A stretch of DNA of 60,408 bases, filler included, from Pirum gemmata (Eukaryota): assembly GCA_002812295.1 (NCBI GenBank). It is 8 parts of 8 records of this genome, joined end to end, with 100 filler letters (N's around TTAATTAATTAA, not from the genome) between each part and the next. Parts side by side here need not be neighbours in the genome. Positions count along the whole stretch, not along the records: positions 22,625 to 30,195 come from PDIN01000145.1; positions 30,296 to 37,668 come from PDIN01000146.1; 6 more parts are not named here. One strand, given 5' to 3'. The notes under the pieces are model-generated. The model was not told the origin of the DNA, did no database searches, and saw only the letters and a program-made list of their open reading frames with translations. The position numbers and the translations under genes were made by a program. Below, piece after piece: positions 24,819-37,535 of this stretch (position 1 is the first letter of the stretch; every line of letters begins with the position of its first letter).

Positions 24819-27472
24819 TAATAATAATAATAATTATCAGCAAAATCACCAATTTCAATATTGATGCATTTTTGCGGTTTTGCTGATTACATATAATTTC
24901 TTATATATATATATAGGTTTTAGTTGAGAAATTAATTAAAATTAACTTTCACCAAAATTTAATACAAAAACTAATTAATTACCTGTTTTGGTTTTTGTAG
25001 GCTCTTCCAGAATACCATCATCACCCAACGAAATGTCAGCTTTACAAGTTGTTTCTGCTCCTGCAACAGCATTTTCATTTTTATCAGAATTTTCTAGACT
25101 TTCACTACATTCTGTGTTGTTTTTCGAGTTTTTTCTTCTTCTAGTCATAATAACCGTATATGGATTTCTTAGCCAGCCCATTTCAATGCACGCAATGATA
25201 AAAATCACTTTTTTAATAAAAAAAAAAATAAAAAAAAAAAGAATGTTAATTAATTAATATATAAAAAGTCATTATTTATATTATATTATCATTATTAGTA
25301 CCGAAAAACATTACCAAGTCTAATAACACTCATTATTATTATTAATCAACATTATATATTATTATTATTATTAGTATTATAAACGATATAAAACACTTAC
25401 TTATAATAGCCAATGCAGAAAACACTGAAATTAATACAATAGAAGCAGTTGAAAGAACGGGAGTCACTGATGTTCCCTCTAATGGATCATTTACAGCAGC
25501 AACACAAGAAGTACTGTTTAATAACAACAAATCGTTAGTTGTCACTAAAATATTCATCAATTTGTTTTTCATTGCTTCATTGGAAAGTCCGTTTATTTTA
25601 TTTTCCGCAGAAGTTAACATACCATTTATTGTACCTATAATCGAATATAATAAAGTAATTAATAAGAAGTAATTAAAAAAACAATAAATACCGTAAATGT
25701 CTCCCATATTAATAGTAGCATTAACTTCCTTGTTAATAAAGGGTCTGATGATTTCTCCAACAATAATCTCCATAGTATTATTACCACCGATATCAGCGAA
25801 AAGTATGGCATAAACCATTTCACCAAAAGAATAGATAAACTGAGCCAATTGTTTATCAAACTCACTAGAAGTTGACTGAAAAGTAGGTTTGATAAAGTTG
25901 GCTGAAAAATCTAAATAAGTCAAATTCAAAATATCAAGTTGAGGGAAAATACATTGCGGTTGCAAAAATTGTAAAGTACTCAACGTACTAACACCTTTTG
26001 AATTAATAGAAGTGAACAAATCACCAAGAAACTTTATATCTGTCAAACCTCCAGAAATATTGTACACTTGATGAATACGAACCTTACTTTGAACTTTATC
26101 TAATGGGTCCCAGTCCAGCGCAAGTTGCAGTCCTATTTCAGCCAATTTCATACTAAACCCTGATTGTAAAGTTTGGTTAGTATTATCAATAAAGCTAGTT
26201 CCAACTGAGAGAAGATCTAAGAAAGTAAAAGTATCCAAACCAGAAATATCTATTTCATTGATTGACAGAGTAACATTAAAATAATGAGGGATGGTGAATT
26301 TTACAATAGGGGTAAAACTCGGTCCAGTACTAGTACTAGTGGCCTCGGCAAACACTTCCTTGAGATTTTGTACGACTTCGGAAACCCTAGGGGAAGTAGC
26401 TCGGCGTGCACGCTTAGGTGCAGCTGCACTTGCCATTATTTTACTGATATCAATAGGTGATTTAATTAAAGAGGATGGGTTTATTTTTACAACACCCGTT
26501 CCATCGGTCACCGTATCAACCATATGGTTAATTCCAGCTACACCACCAATAACATCATCTTGTAAATAATCCATGATATGTATAAGAGTACTATCGTCAA
26601 AAGTGAGTGGAGTAATGTCTTTAGAATCAATTGGAGGGGCCGCTGGGGTATAATTTTGTACAAGATCTAACTGAGAAATAGTTGCTTGCAGTTTTTGATC
26701 AACAGATTGTAACATTGTCGTCATTTTAGTAGAACTATCACGAAGTTTCTTGCAAACTATAGCTTGAAGCGCATAATTCATAACTTTCATTATACTGGTT
26801 TTAATTTCTTTAATTAGTGAATTTCCAAACGGATTAAACCCTAATATAGTAACATCAACATTACCAGTGCTAAAACTACAATTTTGCACTCCCACAATAT
26901 TAGTGTCTTTAGCAACCTATATATAAAGCAAAAATTTTAAAAATTATGTCAATTAAAAAAGAGTAGAAAACCAGATTACATTAAAATATGACAATATTAA
27001 TTCATTAATTAACTAACTGTTTGAAGAGAAATATTATTTATACAAAATTTAATATTTCTTCAAAAAAAAAGTATTGAATAATAATAATATGAAAAAAGTA
27101 ATAAGATAAAAAAAAATAATAATAAATACATACCACTATCTCTACAGCAAAAACTACATCACTCACTGATGCAGTTATGCCTCCTGGAATAGGAATCTTC
27201 CCAGCTACAAATAACTCAATTGCTACTTCTGCCCCAAGTCCATCTATACCAAACGATAATTGTCCAAAATCAGTATATTTAGAAGTTAAATTCCCAAAAG
27301 TAATATTTGAAATTGTAGTTAAATTAGCGGTTCCCAATTTATTAGTAAATAAGGGCAAATCTACCTGTATACTTTCATTGAAAGAAAGGGCTTGTATTAT
27401 TGTTGTTACCGTGGAAGTAGTAGCAAACATCAACATAAGTGATGTTGCTAAACGGGTAATTGAAAATACCAT
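23174..27472 (-). CDS. ~1,190-aa membrane protein: signal peptide + BPI/TULIP-like ectodomain + TM + two PqiA/LetA-like domains; exons ~27472-27134, 26916-25693, 25635-25401, ~25207-24984, 24720-23174
   Basis: GT-AG junctions join four ORF-track ORFs in phase. PqiA-type motifs: LITFSCLILPITKI..LLDIIGKYAFVDAIFLS and FVKYMFAWSILEVMFA. The N-terminal region has a BPI/LBP-like pattern (VQNCSFSTGNVDVTI...LQAIVCKKL). Confidence 0.8.
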
Positions 27473-27655
27473 ATTAATTATAATACAATATAATTATGTT
27501 GCTGTACTTGTTTTTTAAAATGTCGATAATATTTTCAAAATAAAAATAAAAAAGTAAAAGAAAAATTCGTTAAAAAAAAACAAAGAGAAGGGTTATAGTT
27601 AATAGTATGATAATAAAAAAGTAAAATTTTGGTTTCCTTCTTTTTCTTTTATTAT

Positions 27656-27768
<113 letters not shown>

Positions 27769-30434
27769 NNNNNNNNNNNNNNNNNNNNNNNNNNNNNNNN
27801 NNNNNNNNNNNNNNNNNNNNNNNNNNNNNNNNNNNNNNNNNNNNNNNNNNNNNNNNNNNNNNNNNNNNNNNNNNNNNNNNNNNNNNNNNNNNTTTTTTTA
27901 GGTAGTCTAGCTAGTTTTAGTTAGGTGTTCGAAGAATTCCTTGTATTGTTGTTGAGAGTGTGACTGTTGTTACATAGCTACGGTGGCTAAGTGGTGGCTA
28001 TCATAATTATCATAATGATGAACAATCTGAAAAAACAATTACACACATAATGTATAGACTATTGAAGTAAATAATATTATACTACTACTATTACTACTAC
28101 TACTACTCCCATTCTTTTTATTGATAATATATTTATTTCGGAAAGTAACGCGTTAAACGTACTTAACGTGTTACCAGTTTGGAATGTAAAAAGATTATCT
28201 CTTTGAAAATATAATATACTATTAATAATAATATTACTACTACTGCTACTTCTACTACTCCCATTCTTTTTTCTTCCTTTTTTATTATTATTTATTTATT
28301 TATTATATAAAAAAAATAAAAATGATAATATAATATTATTATATATTATTATATCAGTATATGTGTTTGGGATTAGGGTTCAACTTTTAAAGGGTTTGGA
28401 TTATACAAAAGGTTATTAAATATATTATCGATAGTATAATATAATATTGAGGTTGGGGTTAGAATAATGATCGGAATAATGTTATAAATATATACATAAT
28501 ATTATGCACATATAAGCCTTGGATTTAAAAATTTACAATTAATTAATAGTAAGTTGCATCTATTATTGGATTAATAGTGTATTATTATAATCATATTATT
28601 TTCGTATATATATATTATAAATATAGAATTAGAAATAGTTCGAACTCATAACTGGTAGTTTTGAAAATCATTCATAAAAATAAAGCATACTTTCTTATAG
28701 TCTATGTATAAAGACTTAGTTATATTTATTATATTATTTTAAAATGTCATTGAATAGTTCATTATTATATTATTATACGATTTGGTATAATTTGAACTTG
28801 TTTATAAAATAAAACACTAAAAGTATAATATACTAAACTAATTAATTAAAACATGTTTGATAGTTTAACCATACTAATTTCAAGAGGCATGATATATCAT
28901 AAATAAATGTATTTCAAAGCATATTTTCGAAAAACGACCACTAGTAGTACTTGTCATTATTTGAATTTAAAAATTGACTCTAGCTAATGAACTTTTGACA
29001 AATTAAAATTCAAATAAAAAATCAAACATTAATAAGTTGGAAGAACAAATTCAGGATCAGGTTCAAAGCTATGAAAAAGATATCCAACAGCAAGTAAAAA
29101 ATCAAATTCAAGACAACAGTGAGCAAAAGATATAATATTACTGGGTCCGGGTATATAAAATTATACATATCTATAATAATATTATTATAAATGATTCTAT
29201 ATTCCACAATGAATCCACATAGACTAGGTCTACTCACACAGCTGATTTCTAAAATGCTAAAAATACATCTAAAATAAAAGGACCAATAAATACAAAAAGA
29301 GGGAAACTCAAAAAAAAAAAACGGAATGGTTTTTTACTGTTTTTTTAATGGTTGAAAGCAAACTAGTTTTTCTCTTACATTTTCACATTTGATGATTTGC
29401 AACAGCTGATTTGCAATTCCTTGGACCTGTGTTAGATATCCTATAAACGTTTTGAATGACGTCATTATGTTCAAAATGGCTAATTGTGGCTCAATTCGAA
29501 TCTATTTACTATAAATTATATAAATTTACTATAAATTATATAGATTCGAAAAATATAATTTTATTTTCGAACACGTTTATCTAGGTTGGGTGAATGATCG
29601 ATAGGAAATTTTCAAACATATAAAATTAGAGCCGAATCCTTATTTTCAAGCTTTTCGGTCTCGAGCTCATATAACCAAGCTTTTTTAAAAGCATTTCTAG
29701 TCATTTTTTAAGTCAAAAGATGACGTCATCAAACCGTATTTTTTAAAAAAAAATGTAATAATAATAATAATATTATAAATTAAATTTTATAATAATAATA
29801 TTTATAAGTTTGGGCACTCCTATCATCCTATGATACTAGTCCCAGCCACTAGCTGCCGTAGTCTAGCCTACCTAGACTAGAGTAGCTAGCTTAGTAGTAC
29901 TAGCTAGTACCTAGTACTACGTACTATCATTCATAGCTCGTCTAAAAAGTCTAAAAATTATTTTTTTTTGTTTTTTTTTTTTATCATAATAATAAGCAGC
30001 CAATCTACAAACTATGATAAGACAAACCCTAATCTACCTAATTTCAGGAGGGATGAGATGACGTCATCTTACCAATTGGATGCTCGGACCGGCGAACTTC
30101 CAGAAATTTGACTAAAGTTACTATAAATAGTATAATAAACTCTTTTAAAGTAACTACTTAAATAGGTTGTTACTAAATAAATAATTACAAATACTNNNNN
30201 NNNNNNNNNNNNNNNNNNNNNNNNNNNNNNNNNNNNNNNTTAATTAATTAANNNNNNNNNNNNNNNNNNNNNNNNNNNNNNNNNNNNNNNNNNNNAATAA
30301 TAATAATAATAATAATAATAATTACTAACTATATATATTATTAGTTAACGATATAACAATAAAACGATAAAACGATAAATCAATAAAACGATATCGATAA
30401 AACAATAAAACAGTAAAACAATAAAACACCGTAC

Positions 30435-33400
30435 TTAAACTTAAAACATTGCTATCGTCTCTGTCATAATATGTGATATCCGTATTATCCAATTTGAAAA
30501 AACCATACACGGTAGTGTATCTGTTTGCTTTATTGTCTAAATTTAAATACAACAAATTGTTTCAATAATTAATGATAATAATAATATATATAGTATTACT
30601 ATATATATAATAATAAATATAATATCAATGATGATAATACTATATAATAACAATAAGATAAACACAACAAATTGCTTCAATAATAATAATAATATAATAG
30701 GTATATAATATCAATAATAATAATACTATAGAATATTAATAATAATAACAATATAATTATATACTATATCAATAATAATAATACTATACAATATAATAAA
30801 TAATAATAGTAATAATAATATCGTAATATATATAAATTATATAAATTTCAAGTTATTACTCATTTCCGTTGGTACTGACCAAGCACTTTCAGTTTCAAGA
30901 AAAAATTTCGAAATCTCATACATACCATCTTGCAAATTTGCATTGTCACTCTTATTTACAAAAAACTTCGGTTTGGCGACACAAGGACTAAGAAACGTTA
31001 TAACCTATAAATTTAAAACACCAAGAATACCAACAATGGAAAGCATTAGCAAAGCAAATAAAAATTATCTTTTATTATTATTATTATTATTTATTACCGA
31101 CAGCTCAAAATAACAACACCAAGAATACCAACAACGGAAAGCATTAGCAAAGCAAAAAAAAACAATTATCTTTTATTATTATTATTATTATTAATATTAT
31201 TATTATTATTTATTGCCGACAGTTCATAATAACAACAACAAAATAATAAAATGTGTAACCTCTAAAGGAAAATAGTTTCCATATTGATCCAATCGTGTTC
31301 CTCGTAGTGTAACATCTACCTCTTTATTAGTTTCAAGATTTTTTGCCTTTACTTTTATTGTGGTATATTCATCATCTTTGTTGATTTTTTTATATTTTTG
31401 GTTAAGTCTGAAATTTCTGGTTTCGGTTTGTACAACGCTCTTCGAAAGAGGCACCTTGAAGTGAGGCAGTCCACTTGTCAATAAACCTAATATCGCATAG
31501 TATTTTTTAAAGGTTTAGGTTTAGGGTTAGGGTTGGGTTTAGGTCTAGGTTTAGGTTTAGGTTTAGGGTTAGAGTTAGGGTTAGGGTTAGGGTTAGGGTT
31601 AGGGTTGTAATTAGGGTTAAAGTTAAGGTTAAAGTTAGGGTTATTCTTAGGGTTAAGGTTAGGGTCAAAGTTAGTATTAGTGTAAGGGTTAGGTTCCATA
31701 CAAACCTATAGTAAACGGTCCAATTTCTGTTTTATCGAAACCGTAATCAATCTCACTTAGTTTTCCTAAACGCAACTCGATCTTTTCAGTACACGGTTTA
31801 ATCTTAACCCAATTTTCTAAAAAAGTCATAATATACATAATCAGAAAAATACAAAATATTATAACAACAATAATAACAATAATATAATAACAACTATAAC
31901 AACAACAACAACAACAATAATAATAATAATAATAATAATAATATATAATAATCATTACCTTGACCACTGAACTTAGTATTCAAACTTAATGCACCTTGTG
32001 TTTCTTGTTTTATAATTCCATTTGTTGGCCCTATATAGTATTCATTGAATAGTGTTTTACTCTTTTCCGGTTTCCCAGGTATACACGTAAAAGCCGCTTT
32101 TTCTAAAATTGCATCTGACTTATCACCTTTTATTTTGATTAGTGTAAATTAAATTAGTAACGCATTTCTAACCAATAACTAATAACCAATAACCAATAAC
32201 AAATTGCAAGTAACCAATAAACAATAACTAATTTCCAATAAACAATAACCACTAACCAATAAGAAATAACCAATAGCCAACATTCTAATTTGTTTTTAAA
32301 TTAAATTAGTAGCCAATCACGAACCTTCAAATAATTACCAATAACCAATAACCAATAATGTGCTCATTACGAATTAATAATCAATAAACAATAAACAATA
32401 ACCAATACCCAATAAACAACTAATACTTACCTATATATCGCCAATCTTCAGTGTCACTTCTAACCATAGGCTTTGAAATAATTCCAGATTTTTTAGAAAT
32501 GTAATATTGAGTACCATGTTTGTATGCTCTGAAAGGAATAATATGCGAATCCTTGTTTTGGTAGGTGATAACTGGGCCATATCTGTAGGACATTTCAGTA
32601 TCAAATTGTGCAATATCTCTTCTTGCTTTCACTAATATTTATATATATAAAGTTCAAGTTTGGATAAGTATTACCATCTATTAACGAAAAAACTTGGTTG
32701 TGCCTTTCTGTTCTAGAATTACTGTTACTGCTCATGATAAAAGGTTAAAATTAGTTGGTTTAGAATTAGTGTTGATGTTCATAATAAAGTTTGGGTTAAA
32801 AGGGTTTGTTAAAATTAAAGTTAGGGTTAATGTTACTTGTAAAAGTAAATTCGCTGAGCATTGGAAATTCTGCTACTTTATCATGAACTTTATCTTTCCC
32901 TACTACAAGTACATCTTTTCTTAACTGACCCTGAGGAGGTTTGATATTCAACACATTACTAATTGTTTCGTTTTTATCACAAGTAATTTTCGCAGTCTTG
33001 TATTGAGTATTTGTGTCCATTGGCAAGTTAACTTGAAATCGATTTAGCTGCCCTTTTTCAAGAATTGTATTATGTTGTAATGGAAATTCAAAAACGTCTG
33101 CACTGTTGGCAACGGTAACAGTAATTTTACATTTTTTGTTTTGAAAGTCAGCTTGTTCAGCCTTGAAATAGTTACCCCAGTTACTATAAAATGCAGGGAA
33201 AATATAACCCCAAGTGTTTTTCATGACCGTCTTGTTCTTAACATCTATATAATTTTAATGTAGTTTATAAATTTAAATGTTTTGTTATCGTTTTTGTTAT
33301 AGTTATTGTTATAATTATAGTTATTGTTATTGATTCTTGGTCTTATATTTATTGTTTATTGTTATTGCTCTTGCTCTTGCTCTTGCATTTTTTATTGTTA

Positions 33401-35121
33401 TTGTTATTGTTCTTGTTTCTGTTATTGTTCTTTAATTGTATTGCTATTGTTATTGTTATTGTTATTTTTACCTCTGAATGCACCGTTGGATGCAATTTTT
33501 TCAGGATCATAAAAACCAACTAATGTCATAACAGCAATACCACTTTTGGTTGGTTTCTTCAAAGACACACCATGTTTGGTTTTATTTGTTTCGTGTAATA
33601 TTTGTTTTTCTTTATCAAATGCTACATGCCCTGTGTTAGAAGTTTTGTCCCAATACGCAACTTTGTTAAAGTGTTCTTGGATTATTCGTTGCTGTAAGGA
33701 AGTATGCTGAGTAAATACTTCACCCTCGCCAAAATTATATTTGCCTTTTAGAAATTGAATTATTATTATTATTATTTTTATTATTATTATTATTATTACT
33801 ATTATTATTATTACAATTATAATTATAATTATAATTATTATTTTTATTATATAAAAAAGTTTATTATTATTATTATTATTATTATTAATATTATTATTTT
33901 ACTTTTATTATTATTGCTGTTATTGTTTATTATACTTATATTATTATTATTATTATTACTGTTGTTGTTTTAGTTATTATTATTATTAATTATCATTATT
34001 GTTCATAATTCTTATTAGCGATTACCCTCAGGTGTTCCTCCTGCCATTGCATCTTTGTTCCACATATACTCTCCAGCAAAAGAATCTTTTGTCACCCAAT
34101 CATGTAAAGGTTTATATCTATTGGTTACAGCCGTGGTCAATCCATATCGTAATGTTCCTATATAACCCTGCAGTGTAACATTAAATAATACAAAAGTAAA
34201 ATTTATTAATTATAACTGATGATCATTTTATTTTATCAAAATAGTTGTATATTTATTATTTTTTTTATTTTATGTATTTTTTATAACCTAAACACTGATG
34301 ATCATTAATTAATAACAAATAGTAAATCGCAAGTAATGAATAATAAAAGATCTTACCTTTCGAATTTCATCGAATCCCCATCCGTCGCTTTCGTCAAAAA
34401 CACATTTCGATTCAATATGTGCTCGATTGCTATCATTGTTGATGTATGATTTCTCCTCTTGTTGGTAAGAAAAAGAACCACCATGAGCAAGTCCAAAGGC
34501 GTGACCATGCTCATGAACGAATTCGTTTCCAAAAAACGATATTGTAGTGCTAATACCAGCACCACCTATCATTCCTGTTTGCAATTTCAGTAATATAGTG
34601 ATAATAACGGCATTAGTATACTTTTTTCAAAATAATGATAATATTTATTACGCCATTTATTACGCCATTTGTATTATTACTTTTTTCAAAATGATGATAA
34701 TATTTTCTTAAAAAAAAATTGTAAGTTTTCCACGTTACCTCTGTTTATTATTCCCCCCCTGTTTGTTTTAACACGAGTAGCCACCGAACTATATTGCCCT
34801 ACATTATTGAAACTAGCTTCGGAATACCAATCATTTTTTGAACTACTAACCCCAAGATTAGCATCTTGTATTGCAGAAGAAAATGCTTTTGAAAGAGAAA
34901 ACAAATCATCTCCATCTTTGTCTTCAGATTGTTTTTCTAAATATTTTCCGCTTGGCAAAACAATTCTTTCAACAGAGTATGGAAGGTATTCTGTCATTAT
35001 TATTATTATTATTTTGGTGTGTGTGTGTTAATTATTATTATTATTATTATTATTTCATTATGTGTTTATTATTATTATTTTTATTATTTCATAATGTGTT
35101 TATTATTATTATGTGTGCGTG

Positions 35122-35156
<35 letters not shown>

Positions 35157-36021
35157 CAGTTTATTATTATCATTGTGTGCGTGTTTTATTATTATTATTA
35201 TTATAATTTGGACTTGGATGTGTATGGGGGTGGGGGTGGGGGTGGAAGACATTACCAACTGACGTTAATTCGGACACCGGTATACGGTTAAAATAATCAT
35301 ATGCACTGGAAACGCTCTTGTATTTATTATTTTTGGAAAGAAGTCTGTGGTATGACAATAAAAAGTGTCTATTGTTACTAATAAGAAAAACTACTACAAT
35401 AATAATAATAATAACAATATAACAATAAAAATAATAATAACAATAACAATAACAATAACAATAACAATAACAATAACAATAACAATCACAATCACAATAG
35501 CAATCACAATCACAATAGCAATAGCAATAGCAATAGCAATAGCCACAATAACAATAACAATAACAGTAACAGTAACAATAATAGTAACAATAAAAATAAC
35601 AATAACAATGATAATAATAACAACAATAACAATTATTGTTGCTGTTGTTTCTTATTAGTTTTATTATTGTTATTATTATTAAATAGTTATTTATTATTTA
35701 TTATTATTATTATTATTATTGTTATTATTAACCTGTGATTTCCGCTACTACCCTGACTTAGAAGGCCAATCTCCAAGTTGATGAACGTTATCGAAGCTGG
35801 TGCTCCGAATTTTATATTTTCTTTATCTAAAAAACCTTTTATTTTTAAAAAAAATTGTTATTATTTTATTATTATCTATGTATTGTTAGTGCCAATGATG
35901 ATGAGATATATAATAATGATGATAATGAAATTATTATTTTATTATTATATATTCTTTATGTCAATATTTTTTTAGATACATAATGATAATGATGATGAAT
36001 AATAATAGTTACAAGTATAGT

Positions 36022-36055
<34 letters not shown>

Positions 36056-36119
36056 GTTACAAGTATAGTTATAATAATAATAATATAATAATAATAATAA
36101 TAATAGTTACAAGTATAGT

Positions 36120-36153
<34 letters not shown>

Positions 36154-37367
36154 TAGTTATATTAATAATAATAATAATGACCAAGAAACCCCAAAGATAT
36201 TATAATTATTAGAATGGTAAATATAATGAACTATAATGGAACCATTGTTGACATACCTTTCTTTCCTGAATCATTTATAAAGTGCAATGACAAGCCTGGT
36301 TTCATATATTTCCAAGGAATCTCCGCAGTCCATGCCTTTTTACTATACACCACTTTTGGTTTTTTTTTAACAGGAATACCTTGATCTGAATCAGGCTGTG
36401 CGTAAGGGTGTGCTAAGTTTAAGTCCAAATATTGATCTTGATCTTTGTTGTGGTTGGAAACTCTTACTTTGATCCCTCCTTGTACATCCATTTTTCTTTT
36501 TCGGCACTATTATCCGGCGCAATGGAACGTGTTTGAATGAACTCAACGTGTCCGGGGAGTTTTGGGGAGTTGGTCTCAAATTCTAAATTATTGGTCTTTT
36601 TCGATTTAGCCATGAAATCAAGGGAATCATCCCAATAAGGTGGTTTACTTGGGGTTGGCATATTTTTTTCGATTTTTGGGTAACCTGTTAAATTAAATTC
36701 AATATTAAATTAATGGGTTAGGATTAGGGTTAGGGTAGGGTGAATCATCCTATTAAGACGGTTTACTTGGGAATGTCGTATGCTTATTGTTTGTTAGGAT
36801 TAGGGTTAGGGTTATGGTTACGGTTGGGAGTTAGGGTTAGGGTTGGGTGAATAATCCTATTAAGACGGTTTACTTGGGGATGTCGTATGGTTATTGTTTG
36901 TTTGGTAACCTGTTAAACTAAATCGGTTAAGTGTTAGGGTAAGGGTGGTTTGTTAGGGTTAGTGTTAGGGTTAGGGTTTGGGGTTAGAGTTTAGGTTTAG
37001 GGGTAGGGTTAGGGTTAGGGCTAGGTGTTTAAATTTAGTTAAATGATTTTTTTTAAAAATAATAATAATTAAGCTAGTCTAATGTAATGCTAATACATCA
37101 TACCATAATAACAAGTGAAGGATCCAATCAAATTTCTACATTGCGCGTTTGGTTCACAGAATTTATTTTCACATTCATCAAAATCAACGCAAGCAGTACC
37201 TGTACCAGTATACCCGCTCTTGCATTTGCAATTATCTCCATTAGTACACTCTGCAGTTGAATGGTATTTGATTTTTTCTCCGGATTTTTCAAATGAGCCG
37301 AATACTTTAACCGACCTCGTTCCTTTTGAGTCTTTTTTGACATGGGGTAAATAAGAGATCATTAATA

Positions 37368-37409
<42 letters not shown>

Positions 37410-37535
37410 TTTCTATTATTCAATAATATGTAACTTAAGAAGTAATATAATTTATCTTACTAGGTTTCCCTTGATTACACCACGCACATGCCATATCCAT
37501 ACTAAATTCGTTTATAGTACATCCCATATCCATGC
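30435..37535 (-). CDS. Peptidase M66 (StcE/TagA/dictomallein-like) metalloprotease with N-terminal EGF/EGF-Ca modules; ~16 exons, both ends incomplete
   Basis: Spliced motifs: CKCKSGYTGTGTACVDFDECENKFCEPNAQCRNLIGSFTC (EGF-Ca), LPGHVEFIQT, AWTAEIPWKYMKPGLSLHF, DYFNRIPVSEL, zinc site HEHGHAFGLAH (34483-34515), GWGFD, Met-turn KDAMAGG, TLVGFYDPE, GYIFPAFYSNWG and LNRFQVNLP. Intron phases are consistent through the catalytic region. Confidence 0.85.
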
